64,000 nucleotides of DNA from Clostridia bacterium (GTDB taxonomy: Bacteria; Bacillota; Clostridia; Oscillospirales; Acutalibacteraceae): positions 30,306 through 94,305 of the forward strand of contig JAFSAR010000010.1 of the NCBI GenBank assembly GCA_017442225.1, read 5' to 3'. Shown here in pieces: positions 37,949-47,959 of the stretch; position 1 is the stretch's first letter; each line of letters opens with the position of its first letter. The notes under the pieces are model-generated. The model saw only the letters and a list, made by a program, of their open reading frames with translations, was not told the DNA's origin and searched no databases. The position numbers and the translations under genes are program-made.

Positions 37949-39892
37949 ATGAAAAAATTCATTGGCAACACAGCTATTAAAATTTTGGCTGTTACATTAT
38001 CTTTTATAGTGTTTTTTACAATGCTTGTATCGGTCGCGGGCAGTGTTATTATGTTGTTTTCTGATTTTTACACCCGTGACTTTGCAACATTAGAAGAAAA
38101 TATAATGGAAGATTTGGCGCGTGACGAATTTCATAAATTAGTTTCGATATACGATCAAAGCGCAAACTATGTTGAATCATATTATGAAGATAAAAACATT
38201 TTATACAATATTAAAAATACACATACCGGCGAAACCACTTCTAATTTTAACGGTCAGGATTATATTGCCACATATTCAACAAGCGAATTTGTTACACGTT
38301 TCATTAACAGCTTAGACGGTAGTTTTTATGATAATGATGCTGTAAATTATGATTATGATAATGAAAATTATTATCATTATGCAACAAATATATTAGTATA
38401 TGAAACTTCGCAAAAAATTGAATTTACAATATATATCCCTCGCGATATGCAGTTTACCGACCGTTTCTTTTTGGTGGATAAGTTAATAAACATTGGATAT
38501 AACAACCGCTATACTTTTGTATTTTTAGCAGTGTTATCTCTTGCTATATGCATTGTAATTTACAGCTATCTGTTTATATCGGTTGGTCACCGTAGTGATA
38601 CGAAAGATGTTAAGGTTGCGGGTATTAACAATATTCCTGCGGATATTTTAAGTGTCATTGTGTTCTTTATTTATTTTTACGGTATATGGTTATTAACTGA
38701 ACTTTACGGTCTTGTAAGCACTATAGCTTTTGGTTCGCTGATACTCGTAGCGCTTTATTTTATTGCACTTTGGTACCTGCTTAGTATTGCTGTGCAAGTC
38801 AAAGCCAAAAAGATTATAACACACACATTTTTGCATTGGGTATTTAAAAAGATTGCAAAAATCGGCAAAGTTATCAAGCATATTTATAAAAACTTTGCCA
38901 CCGTATATAAGGTTGCAATGGTAATTGGCGTATTTCTGGCATTTGAACTTATCTTTATGGGGCTTAACGCTTACGAAAACGATAATTTGATTATCGGTTG
39001 GATCATTATAAGTATGATTGCCGCAATTATACTGCTGCTAGCGGCTATCGCTTTTCAACGCGTGAAGCAAGGTGGCGAAAAGATTGTAAATGGCGACCTT
39101 GACAACAAGATTGATACAACGTATATGTTTGGCGATATCAAGGATTTTGCCGAAAGTCTTAATAATATAAATCAAGGCTTGCAGACCGCAATTGATGACA
39201 AAATGAAAAGCGAGCGCTTTAAAACCGAGCTTATTACCAACGTTTCGCACGATATCAAAACACCGCTCACTTCAATTGTAAACTATGTTGACCTTATTAA
39301 AAAAGAGGACTGTGACAACGTAAAAATAAATGAATATATCGAGGTTTTGGACCGTCAATCAATCCGTCTTAAAAAACTTATTGAGGATTTAGTGGAGGCA
39401 TCAAAGGCATCAACAGGTAATTTGTCGGTAGAACTTACAAAATGCAATCTATCGGTGCTTATAAATCAGGCAGTAGGCGAATTCAGCGAAAAGCTTGAGA
39501 CAAAAAAATTACAGATTGTGCAGTCGCTTCCCGCAGAAGAGGCTTATATAATGGCGGACGGCAGACGTCTTTGGCGTGTGTTTGACAATCTGCTTAACAA
39601 CATTTGTAAATATGCGCTAAGCGGCACGCGAGTATATATTGACCTTGTTTGTGAAAACAGCAAAGCTGTTATAACATTCAGAAATATTTCCGAATTGCCA
39701 ATCAACGCCGCAGCGGAGGAATTAACCGAGCGTTTTGTGCGCGGTGACCGCTCGCGTAACAGCAACACCGAGGGCAGCGGCTTGGGACTTTCTATTGCAA
39801 AGAGCCTTACCGAGCTTCAGAACGGTAATTTTGAGATAAGCACAGACGGCGACCTTTTTAAAGCAAAAATTACATTTGACATTATAAGTTAA
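37949..39892 (+). CDS. Sensor histidine kinase (multi-TM, HAMP, HisKA, HATPase)
   Basis: H-box SHDIKTPLTSI, N-box NLLNNICKYA and G-boxes GSGLGLSI. ATG at 37949 preferred. Confidence 0.9.
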   Translation: MKKFIGNTAIKILAVTLSFIVFFTMLVSVAGSVIMLFSDFYTRDFATLEENIMEDLARDEFHKLVSIYDQSANYVESYYEDKNILYNIKNTHTGETTSNFNGQDYIATYSTSEFVTRFINSLDGSFYDNDAVNYDYDNENYYHYATNILVYETSQKIEFTIYIPRDMQFTDRFFLVDKLINIGYNNRYTFVFLAVLSLAICIVIYSYLFISVGHRSDTKDVKVAGINNIPADILSVIVFFIYFYGIWLLTELYGLVSTIAFGSLILVALYFIALWYLLSIAVQVKAKKIITHTFLHWVFKKIAKIGKVIKHIYKNFATVYKVAMVIGVFLAFELIFMGLNAYENDNLIIGWIIISMIAAIILLLAAIAFQRVKQGGEKIVNGDLDNKIDTTYMFGDIKDFAESLNNINQGLQTAIDDKMKSERFKTELITNVSHDIKTPLTSIVNYVDLIKKEDCDNVKINEYIEVLDRQSIRLKKLIEDLVEASKASTGNLSVELTKCNLSVLINQAVGEFSEKLETKKLQIVQSLPAEEAYIMADGRRLWRVFDNLLNNICKYALSGTRVYIDLVCENSKAVITFRNISELPINAAAEELTERFVRGDRSRNSNTEGSGLGLSIAKSLTELQNGNFEISTDGDLFKAKITFDIIS

Positions 39893-39904
39893 GGATATAA
39901 AACA

Positions 39905-40582
39905 ATGCAACAGTTTGAACTTTCCAATCTTGAAAAACTAATGCTAAAGCGTAAAATAATGCGCAAAAAAAGAATACGCGAAATGGTTATTATTTTAATT
40001 GTGGTTGTTCTCGCGCTATGCGGTGTGTTGGGATTTACGCTTTATAAAAACGGCGGTAAATTACCAGCAAAGCAGCTGAACGTAAAAACTTTGATAACAC
40101 CCGACTATGTTGACGAACAGCTTATAAACGTAGGATTTGCAAGAACAGGTGTCAAGCTTGTTGAAATTAATAATATCGTTATTCATTATGTCGGTAATCC
40201 CGATACCTCAGCGCAAAACAACCGCGATTATTTTAACAAGGCGGATACTACCGTGTGTTCGCATTTTGTGATCGGTCTTGACGGCGAGGTTATCCAGTGT
40301 ATACCTTTGGACGAAAAATCAAATGCCAGCAACAACCGCAATCTTGATACAATTTCAATTGAGGTGTGCCACCCCGACGAGAGCGGTAAATTTAATGACG
40401 CTACGTACAGTTCGCTCGTAAAGCTTACTGCGTGGCTGTGCGATAATTCGGGACTAAAAGCCAAAGATGTTATAAGACACTACGATATAACGGGCAAGGA
40501 ATGCCCAAAATATTTTGTGGATAACGAGTCCGAATGGAAAAACTTTTTAGAAGACGTAAAAGAAGAACTTAAAAATTATTAG
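39905..40582 (+). CDS. N-acetylmuramoyl-L-alanine amidase (Amidase_2/PGRP fold), membrane-anchored
   Basis: N-terminal TM helix. IVIHYVGNP, SHFVIGLDG, SIEVCH and RHYDITGKECP motifs. Confidence 0.85.
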   Translation: MQQFELSNLEKLMLKRKIMRKKRIREMVIILIVVVLALCGVLGFTLYKNGGKLPAKQLNVKTLITPDYVDEQLINVGFARTGVKLVEINNIVIHYVGNPDTSAQNNRDYFNKADTTVCSHFVIGLDGEVIQCIPLDEKSNASNNRNLDTISIEVCHPDESGKFNDATYSSLVKLTAWLCDNSGLKAKDVIRHYDITGKECPKYFVDNESEWKNFLEDVKEELKNY

Positions 40583-40588
40583 CCGCAA

Positions 40589-40617
40589 AAGCGCCCGCTA
40601 TTGAACAGCGGGCGCTT
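40589..40617. terminator. Bidirectional rho-independent terminator
   Basis: AAGCGCCCGCT-attgaac-AGCGGGCGCTT. Confidence 0.75.
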
Positions 40618-40623
40618 ATAAGT

Positions 40624-42063
40624 TTATTCTTTTTTCTGTGAGAACAGCCATTCCCATGTTTCTGCATCAAGATATGCTTGACGCCAAACATCGTGCTCGG
40701 CACCTTCATAAAGTGAAAGCACTACCTTTTGTCCACCTGCATCTTTAATAGCATTGTACATTAATTTAGATCTTTCTACTGAAACAGTAGAGTCTGCAGT
40801 ACCGTGAATAATACGAATTGGCATATCCACAAGCCGAGTCGCATCGCTCGGTGTCCACCATCCGCACATTGGCATTGCAGCGGCGAAAACATCCTTGTAT
40901 TTTACTGCAACCTGCCAAGTAGCATATCCACCCATTGAGCCGCCTGTTACATAATAACGGCTACTATCGCAGGAATATTCAGATGTCACTTTTTCAAAAA
41001 TACGCATTGCGGCATCGAGTGATCCGTTTGAGTTTTGACCAAAATCCCACCAATCATTTTTTGAAATTTGCGGAGCGATTATAATAGCCTTGTTCAGCCA
41101 TTCATAATTGAATATAAAAGATGATGCAAGGGTTGAAACCTGTAGTTTGTTAAAATCAACGTCGTCAGAAGTATTGAAACGGTATCCTGCGCCGTGCAAA
41201 AATAAAATTACGGGATATTTTTGATTCGGGTCATAATTATATGGCTCAATAACGCGATAAGGTATATGAATATTTGAAACATCATCATAATGATCATCAA
41301 AATTGTGCATTGTCTGGTCCCAGAACAACGGAACGAAAACATCATCTTCCTGTGATGTTGTTGAGCTTGTTTCTACACTTGTGCTGTTGTCGGGAACAGA
41401 GCTTTGTGATTGAATGCTTTCGGTGTTGCTTGACGTCGGTGCATTTGAAGTAGTGGTTTCTTGACTTGAGCTTTCTACCTGTACTTCCAAACCGGTGTTA
41501 TCATCAGTGGGTGAGTTGTTTATAATTGTTTCGTTAGTTTTTGCAGCTACAAGTTTAATGCTGTAAATGCGACCAAGCAAACTGGGATATGACTCTAAAA
41601 CCATTCCGTCACAACTTATTTTTAGCAATGTATTTTCTTTAATGTCATTAGTTGTAATATCTTTACCGTATTTTTCGATATCGTTAAAATCAATTACAAC
41701 ATTATTTATTGCGTTTTTATCATTTGTTAGTTCTTTAATCCAAATACGGTTGTTTTCAATCTTTTCAACCGAAACGACTATAGAAATTGCACCGTAACCC
41801 TGCTTACGCAGATCGTTTTCTTTTTCTTCCCAGATTAACTGTGTGTTTGTAAAGTTGTTTGGCAAAAGAAAAAATTCGGTTTTGTTATACGGTTTCTGGC
41901 TGCCGTTAAACGTATCCCAGACAACAACCTTGTATGTAAGTGAATTAAGCGTCAGGGCGGAACCTTCGCTCAAGGTTTCGGTTTTAGGTATTGGTGTAAA
42001 CAAAATTAAAAATAAAGCTGCTATTGGTAATACAATTAACAAAATCTTTTTTCTTTTCGTCAT
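40624..42063 (-). CDS. Membrane-anchored protein with a Ser/Thr-rich linker and a C-terminal alpha/beta hydrolase (esterase/peptidase-like) domain
   Basis: N-terminal TM helix, low-complexity S/T linker, then YPVILFLHGAG, nucleophile elbow GGSMGG and HGTADSTV. Confidence 0.7.
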   Translation of the reverse strand: MTKRKKILLIVLPIAALFLILFTPIPKTETLSEGSALTLNSLTYKVVVWDTFNGSQKPYNKTEFFLLPNNFTNTQLIWEEKENDLRKQGYGAISIVVSVEKIENNRIWIKELTNDKNAINNVVIDFNDIEKYGKDITTNDIKENTLLKISCDGMVLESYPSLLGRIYSIKLVAAKTNETIINNSPTDDNTGLEVQVESSSQETTTSNAPTSSNTESIQSQSSVPDNSTSVETSSTTSQEDDVFVPLFWDQTMHNFDDHYDDVSNIHIPYRVIEPYNYDPNQKYPVILFLHGAGYRFNTSDDVDFNKLQVSTLASSFIFNYEWLNKAIIIAPQISKNDWWDFGQNSNGSLDAAMRIFEKVTSEYSCDSSRYYVTGGSMGGYATWQVAVKYKDVFAAAMPMCGWWTPSDATRLVDMPIRIIHGTADSTVSVERSKLMYNAIKDAGGQKVVLSLYEGAEHDVWRQAYLDAETWEWLFSQKKE

Positions 42064-42125
42064 AAAAACACCATCCTTGTATTTTAATTATACGATAAAT
42101 ATTGATTTAATTCAATAATATTTTT

Positions 42126-42140
42126 ACGCTTTAAAGTGTT
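42126..42140. promoter_or_regulatory. Third copy of the ACGCTTTAAAGTGTT motif, abutting the putP -35
   Basis: A 15/15 identical match to 31943-31957. It overlaps the TTGATT -35 at 42139-42144. Confidence 0.35.
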
Positions 42141-42167
42141 GATTTTTAAAACATGTTATGGTATAAT
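42139..42167 (+). promoter_or_regulatory. Sigma-A-type promoter for putP (TTGATT-17-TATAAT, extended -10)
   Basis: TTGATT at 42139-42144 and TGG-TATAAT at 42159-42167. Confidence 0.5.
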
Positions 42168-42199
42168 CAATAATTATATGTTAAACAGGGGGTTTACAA

Positions 42200-43798
42200 A
42201 TGGATAATCGGACATTGCAAATTTTAATTGCTATGGTTATTTATATGGCAGTTGTAATTGTAATCGGCGTTTTGTTTGCAAAGCGCGCAAACAAAAGCTC
42301 TGAAAACTACTTTTTAGGCGGTCGTTCCTTGGGACCTTGGGTTACCGCTATGAGCGCCGAGGCGTCGGATATGAGTGGATGGCTGCTTATGGGATTACCC
42401 GGCGTTGCGTATTGGTGCGGACTTGCTGATGCGGCTTGGACTGCAATAGGTCTTGCTATAGGTACGTATCTTAATTGGCTTATTGTTTCAAAACGACTTC
42501 GCCGTTACAGTATACGGGCGAACAATTCAATCACTTTGCCCGAATTTTTCTCAAACCGCTTCCGTGAGAAGAATAAGGTTATACTCACACTGGCGGCGTT
42601 GTTTATACTTATATTCTTTACGGTTTATGCCGCAAGCTGCTTTGTGACCTGCGGTAAGTTATTTTCTACACTCTTTGGTACACCGTATATTGCAATGCTG
42701 ATTGTAGGCGCAATATTTGTACTGCTTTATACAATACTTGGCGGCTTCCTTGCGGAAAGCGCATCCGACTTTATGCAGGCTATCGTTATGATAGTAGCGC
42801 TTGCGGTAATCGTTATTATCGGCGTTGCAAATGCCGGTGGACTTGGCGCAGTTGTTGATAACGCGCGCGAAATCCCAGGATTTTTAGAGTTCTTTGGTAT
42901 CGCGTCTCCGTCACTTAATGAAGCAGGTGAGCAGATAGTTACAAACGGAAAACCTGTTTTTGATGCGGCAGGCGAGTACAGTATTTTAAGCGTATGCTCC
43001 TGTCTTGCTTGGGGACTCGGTTACTTTGGTATGCCGCAGGTACTGTTGCGCTTTATGGCTATTCGCCGTGAGGACGAGCTTAAGCGTTCAAGAAGAATCG
43101 CTATGATCTGGGTTGTAATTTCTCTTGCGGTTGCGGTATTTATAGGTATAATTGGCAGAGTTATTTCAATCAATAATCCCACCGCATTAAACGATATTCT
43201 TCTTACCAAATCAACTTCGGAAAATATTTTTATTGTTCTTTCGAAAAGCTTCTTACCACCGATATTGGCAGGATTTGTAATGGCGGGTATTCTGGCTGCT
43301 ACCATCAGCTCGTCTGACTCATATCTGCTTATTGCTGCTTCGTCGGTTTCTAAAAATATCTTCCAAGGTATTATAAAAAAGGATGCAAACGACAAGCAGG
43401 TTATGTGGGTTACGAGAATAACATTGTTAGTTATTGCGATAATCGCTATTATTATGGCGCTCGATGAAAAAAGTATTATTTTTGAAATAGTATCATTTGC
43501 TTGGTCGGGCTTTGGCGCAACCTTTGGTCCGCTTATGTTGTTCTCGCTTTTCTGGAAGCGCATTAACCGCGCGGGCGCTATTGCTGGTATGGTAAGCGGC
43601 GCTGCAAGCGTGTTTATCTGGAAACTTGTAATTGCTAAACTTGGCGGTGTGTTTGCGATTTACGAATTGCTTCCGGCATTTATTATTTCATCACTGTTTA
43701 TTGTTGCGGTATCTTTGATTACCGCACCGCCATCAAAGGAACTGCAAGAGGATTTTGATGCCGTAAAAAACGGAATGATAACCGAGCAGCAAAATTGA
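42200..43798 (+). CDS. putP: Sodium/proline symporter (SSF family)
   Basis: 532 aa. YFLGGRSLGPWVTAMSAEASDMSGWLLMGLPG is typical of PutP. Confidence 0.85.
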   Translation: MDNRTLQILIAMVIYMAVVIVIGVLFAKRANKSSENYFLGGRSLGPWVTAMSAEASDMSGWLLMGLPGVAYWCGLADAAWTAIGLAIGTYLNWLIVSKRLRRYSIRANNSITLPEFFSNRFREKNKVILTLAALFILIFFTVYAASCFVTCGKLFSTLFGTPYIAMLIVGAIFVLLYTILGGFLAESASDFMQAIVMIVALAVIVIIGVANAGGLGAVVDNAREIPGFLEFFGIASPSLNEAGEQIVTNGKPVFDAAGEYSILSVCSCLAWGLGYFGMPQVLLRFMAIRREDELKRSRRIAMIWVVISLAVAVFIGIIGRVISINNPTALNDILLTKSTSENIFIVLSKSFLPPILAGFVMAGILAATISSSDSYLLIAASSVSKNIFQGIIKKDANDKQVMWVTRITLLVIAIIAIIMALDEKSIIFEIVSFAWSGFGATFGPLMLFSLFWKRINRAGAIAGMVSGAASVFIWKLVIAKLGGVFAIYELLPAFIISSLFIVAVSLITAPPSKELQEDFDAVKNGMITEQQN

Positions 43799-43842
43799 TA
43801 TAAACATTTTTTAATTGATTTCGACCAATTTAATCTTAAACT

Positions 43843-43877
43843 AAAACAGCGTTCTATTATGAGCGCTGTTTTTTTGC
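43843..43877 (+). terminator. Rho-independent terminator of putP
   Basis: AACAGCG..CGCTGTT hairpin followed by TTTTTTT. Confidence 0.7.
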
Positions 43878-43897
43878 AAGTATTTGCTATAAAACCA

Positions 43898-43926
43898 TTG
43901 CAATTTTGATTTTAAAGGTGTATAAT
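43898..43926 (+). promoter_or_regulatory. Candidate promoter of the glycan operon (TTGCAA-17-TATAAT)
   Basis: TTGCAA at 43898-43903 and TATAAT at 43921-43926, 47 nt upstream of the first gene. Confidence 0.45.
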
Positions 43927-43973
43927 ATACACTGTATGATTGGGCATATTGTGTCTGTGCGAAAGGATTTTTT

Positions 43974-44588
43974 ATGTATCGTAATTTTTTTAAAAGATTG
44001 ATTGATATTTTTCTTTCCTTATTGGTTTTAACGATTTTATCTCCAATTTTATTAGTAAGTGCGTTAGCAATTAAGGTTGATTCAAAAGGTCCCGTGATTT
44101 TTAAACAAAAGCGTTTGGGACTTGGTGGAAAAGAGTTTTACATATACAAATTCCGTTCAATGTGTGTTGGCGCTGAAAAGAGTGGAGTTTATTCCGATAA
44201 TAACGATAAGCGTGTTACAAGGGTTGGCAATATTTTGCGTAAAACCAGTATTGATGAATTACCACAAGCCATTAACATACTTAAAGGTGATATGAGCTTT
44301 GTTGGTCCTCGTCCACCACTTACATATCATCCGTGGCCTATTGATGAGTATACAGCTGAGCAGCGTAGAATGTTTAATGTTCGACCAGGTATTACAGGTT
44401 GGGCGCAAGTAAATGGTCGAAAGGCTGTTGAATGGAACAGACGTATTGAGCTTAATAATTGGTATGTTGACAATATTTCGTTTTTGTTAGATATAAAAAT
44501 TTGTTTTATGACAATTTTTAAGGTTTTTACTAACGCAGATAATGAAAATGTTGGTGAAACAGTTGTAAAAGAAACTGTTAATAAGTAG
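43974..44588 (+). CDS. Small monotopic phosphoglycosyl transferase (PglC/WbaP-C-terminal type initiating sugar transferase)
   Basis: 204 aa. KRLIDIFLSLL re-entrant helix, KFRSM, DELPQ and FVGPRP motifs. Confidence 0.9.
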   Translation: MYRNFFKRLIDIFLSLLVLTILSPILLVSALAIKVDSKGPVIFKQKRLGLGGKEFYIYKFRSMCVGAEKSGVYSDNNDKRVTRVGNILRKTSIDELPQAINILKGDMSFVGPRPPLTYHPWPIDEYTAEQRRMFNVRPGITGWAQVNGRKAVEWNRRIELNNWYVDNISFLLDIKICFMTIFKVFTNADNENVGETVVKETVNK

Positions 44589-44596
44589 GTTTGCAT

Positions 44597-45427
44597 ATGG
44601 CACTAAAGTTAATGTATATAACAAATCGCACTGATATTGCAAAAATTGCCGAAGCGGCAGGTGTTGATCGCATTTTTGTTGATTTAGAATACATAGGTAA
44701 AAATATACGTCAAGGCGGTATGGATACAGTCCAAAATCGTCATACGCCAAGTGATGCTGCAGAAATTAAAAAAGTATTAAATAATGCACAGTTGTTGGTG
44801 AGAGTAAATCCTATACATAACTCAACTCAAGAATATTGTTCTACCGAAGAAGAAATTGATGCAGTAATAAATGCAGGTGCTGATATAATAATGCTCCCAT
44901 ATTTCAAAACGGCTGATGACGTAAAAAGATTTATCACAGCTGTAGATGGCAGAGCTAAAACAATGCTATTATTTGAAAGCGCCAAGTCGATTGAAAATAT
45001 CGATAGCATTTTGAAATTAGAGGGAATTGATGAAGTCTATATAGGACTTAATGATTTAAGTTTAGATTACGGTCGTAAATTTTTATTTTCGATTCTTGCG
45101 GATGGAACTGTCGAAAAAATAGCTAAAAAGTTTAAAGAAAAGAAATTACCTTTTGGGTTTGGTGGCATGGCAACACTCGACGGTGGCGCACTACCCGGTA
45201 AAAAAGTTTTACCCGAACACTATGCCTTGGGTTCTACTTGCGTTATTCTTTCACGTGCGTTTTGCAACACTAATGTTATTCAAGACTTGGATGAAATTAA
45301 AATTACTTTTGAAAATGGCGTAAAAAAAATACGTGAATATGAAGAATTTTGTTCAAAGCAAAACGAAGAATTTTTCTATAAAAATCATAGCGAACTTCAA
45401 AATATTGTAGATGAAATTTGTAAGTAA
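44597..45427 (+). CDS. HpcH/HpaI aldolase / citrate lyase beta-like TIM-barrel protein
   Basis: VDLEY, IMLPYFKT and ESAKSIENIDSIL..GIDEVYIGLNDLSLD resemble the HpcH/CitE/PEP-utilising barrel motifs. ATG at 44597. Confidence 0.65.
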   Translation: MALKLMYITNRTDIAKIAEAAGVDRIFVDLEYIGKNIRQGGMDTVQNRHTPSDAAEIKKVLNNAQLLVRVNPIHNSTQEYCSTEEEIDAVINAGADIIMLPYFKTADDVKRFITAVDGRAKTMLLFESAKSIENIDSILKLEGIDEVYIGLNDLSLDYGRKFLFSILADGTVEKIAKKFKEKKLPFGFGGMATLDGGALPGKKVLPEHYALGSTCVILSRAFCNTNVIQDLDEIKITFENGVKKIREYEEFCSKQNEEFFYKNHSELQNIVDEICK

Positions 45428-45438
45428 GAGGAATTTCT

Positions 45439-46344
45439 ATGAATCTATTAGTCACAGGTGCGTATAATTGCACACAAGAACAACTTAATAGAATTACTGA
45501 AATCGGCAATAATATAGTTTTTCACAAAATGGAAAAAGATGACTTACCTTGTTCTTATGATTGGGTAGAGGGTGTCATTTGTAACGGTTTGTTCCTGCAT
45601 CATCCCATTGAAAAATTTACTAATTTGAGGTTTATACAACTTACGAGTGCTGGCTATGATCGAGTTGATATGAATTATGTAAACGAGCATGATATTCAAA
45701 TATTTAATGCACGTGGTGTTTATAGTATACCAATGGCAGAATTCGCGGTGTGCGGTGTGCTTGATCTTTATAAACAAAGCAGATTTTTTTACGATAATCA
45801 AAAGCAACATCGTTGGGACAAGCACCGTGGACTTTTTGAACTTTTTGGTAAAACAGTGTGTATTGTAGGCAGTGGAAATGTTGGTACTGAGTGCGCAAAA
45901 CGCTTTAAAGCATTTGATACAACAGTTTACGCAGTAGATATTTGTAAGCCGCAAAGCGAAATATACGATAAATATTTTTCGCTTGAAAAAATAACCGATG
46001 CAATAAGTCAATCTGATGTTATAGTTTTAACACTTCCGCTTACTGAACAAACAAAATATATGTTTGATAAAAAAATGTTTTTATATTTTAAGTCAAATGC
46101 AATTTTAGTAAATATTGCTCGTGGAGCAATTGTAAATCAAGATGATTTAATTAATGCTTTGAATAATAAGCAACTTTATGGCGCGGTTTTAGATGTTTTT
46201 GAAACCGAACCACTCCAAGCCGACAGTCCGCTTTGGGATATGCCAAATGTAATTATTACTCCACACAATAGTTTTGTTGGGGAGGGTAATATGCAAAGAT
46301 TAACAAATATAATTTTATATAATCTGGAGATGTATAACAGATGA
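45439..46344 (+). CDS. D-isomer-specific 2-hydroxyacid dehydrogenase, NAD-binding
   Basis: GSGNVGTECAKR Rossmann motif and catalytic R (NIARG), E (FETEP) and H (TPH). Confidence 0.88.
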   Translation: MNLLVTGAYNCTQEQLNRITEIGNNIVFHKMEKDDLPCSYDWVEGVICNGLFLHHPIEKFTNLRFIQLTSAGYDRVDMNYVNEHDIQIFNARGVYSIPMAEFAVCGVLDLYKQSRFFYDNQKQHRWDKHRGLFELFGKTVCIVGSGNVGTECAKRFKAFDTTVYAVDICKPQSEIYDKYFSLEKITDAISQSDVIVLTLPLTEQTKYMFDKKMFLYFKSNAILVNIARGAIVNQDDLINALNNKQLYGAVLDVFETEPLQADSPLWDMPNVIITPHNSFVGEGNMQRLTNIILYNLEMYNR

Positions 46345-47942
46345 GTTTACGAATGTTTAAAGATGAAATTAAGGCGACTCTTGATGTTTCACCTAAATAC
46401 CGCGATCTGCTTTTTAGAAGAGGATATATTTTTACCGATAAGCCTTTAGCGGATACGGCTAATTATCCGTTTTATGGATTGTGGAATCAAAAAAACATAG
46501 GCAGTTACTATTTGTATGTCCAGCAAAGTCAAACGGTTTGCAGTGCAACACAAAATGGTATTAGTGCTGTAATAATTGGACATGCATATAATCCGTTTGA
46601 TATGAAGTATGATGAAAATGAGATTTGTCTTGATTTAATTTCTGCATATTCTCAAAACATAGAAACATATTTTGATAAAGTTTCTGAACTTACTGGACTC
46701 CATATTATAATTTTAATTGATGGTCAAAATGTTATTGCTTGCCAAGACGCTTGCTCACTTACAGGTTGTTATTTTGGTAAAGTAAATGATACTATGTATA
46801 TTACCGAGCATCCGCAACTTGTAGCAGACATATGTGATCTTAAAATAAACAAAAAGGTTGAAAAACTTGTCCAATCAAAGTGTTACAATATTGGTAATAG
46901 AAATTTACCAGGCAATATAACACCATATGACGAATTAAAGCGTTTGGGTGCTAATACTTATTTGAATTATGATGGTAAGTTTGATATTAAACGTTTTTAT
47001 CCAACATTGCCACATCCGGAATTTGTTACAGAAGAAGAAAAAACTGAAAATATTAAAAAAATTGGCGACCTTATAAATCGAGGTATTGAGTGTTGCTCTA
47101 AAAAGTGGAACAGATGTACCATTTCTCTATCTGGTGGTACTGACAGCAAAACAACCCTTGCGTGCGCAAACGGTTTATATGATAAGTTTTCATATTTTAG
47201 TTTTCATTCTAAACCACAGGAGTTGGTTGATGCTAAAGGTGCGGCAAAAATTTGTGAAAATTTAGGTCTTGAACACACTCTTTATAATATTCCTCAAGAA
47301 AATAGTGAAATAAAAGATTTTGATTTTATAAAAAAGATATTACAACATAATACTAATTATTTTGTAAATCTTGCTGACAACGAAATAAGAAAATACATAT
47401 ATCTTAATCGCCTCGATGCTTATGATATTGAACTTAAATCTTGGGCGTCTGAAGTGGCACGAGTTTTCTTTGAAAGAAAATATAAAATCAAAATGCCAAA
47501 ACGGCTAAATGAAAGGCATTTAAGTATTTTTCAAACAAGGTTTTTTGGTCATCCGATTTTGCTTCGTTGGACTGATAAAGAATATTATAAGTTTTTACGT
47601 GAAATAGGTTTGGAAAAGCCTATACATAATTTTGAACATACAGATTTAATATATTGGGAAGTACGTATGGCTTCGTGGGGTGTATCTGTTGTTTCTTCAC
47701 AGCAACTATATCACCGAACAACCATGCCTATAAATAATCGTAAAATTTTAGAATTGTTTTTATCTTTCCCACATGAAGAAAGAAAGTCTGATTCAGTACA
47801 TAAACGAATTATGGAATATAAAAATAAGGCTATCGTTGAAGCTGATGTTGAAATTGCAAATTTATACTTTCATAGTTATCGAATATTAATGGAGAAAGCC
47901 TATTACTATTTAAGAACTTTATTTTATCATCCCAAAAAATAA
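46341..47942 (+). CDS. Divergent asparagine-synthetase-fold protein: PP-loop adenylating domain with an N-terminal domain lacking the Cys nucleophile
   Basis: PP-loop ISLSGGTDSK near residue 265. The N-terminal LTGLHIIILIDGQNVIACQDACSLTGCYF resembles the AsnB L.G.FAF.L.D....L.RD..G..PLY block. The protein starts MSLRMF with no Cys2. Confidence 0.55.
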   Translation: MSLRMFKDEIKATLDVSPKYRDLLFRRGYIFTDKPLADTANYPFYGLWNQKNIGSYYLYVQQSQTVCSATQNGISAVIIGHAYNPFDMKYDENEICLDLISAYSQNIETYFDKVSELTGLHIIILIDGQNVIACQDACSLTGCYFGKVNDTMYITEHPQLVADICDLKINKKVEKLVQSKCYNIGNRNLPGNITPYDELKRLGANTYLNYDGKFDIKRFYPTLPHPEFVTEEEKTENIKKIGDLINRGIECCSKKWNRCTISLSGGTDSKTTLACANGLYDKFSYFSFHSKPQELVDAKGAAKICENLGLEHTLYNIPQENSEIKDFDFIKKILQHNTNYFVNLADNEIRKYIYLNRLDAYDIELKSWASEVARVFFERKYKIKMPKRLNERHLSIFQTRFFGHPILLRWTDKEYYKFLREIGLEKPIHNFEHTDLIYWEVRMASWGVSVVSSQQLYHRTTMPINNRKILELFLSFPHEERKSDSVHKRIMEYKNKAIVEADVEIANLYFHSYRILMEKAYYYLRTLFYHPKK

Positions 47943-47959
47943 ATTATTGAGGTGTTATT

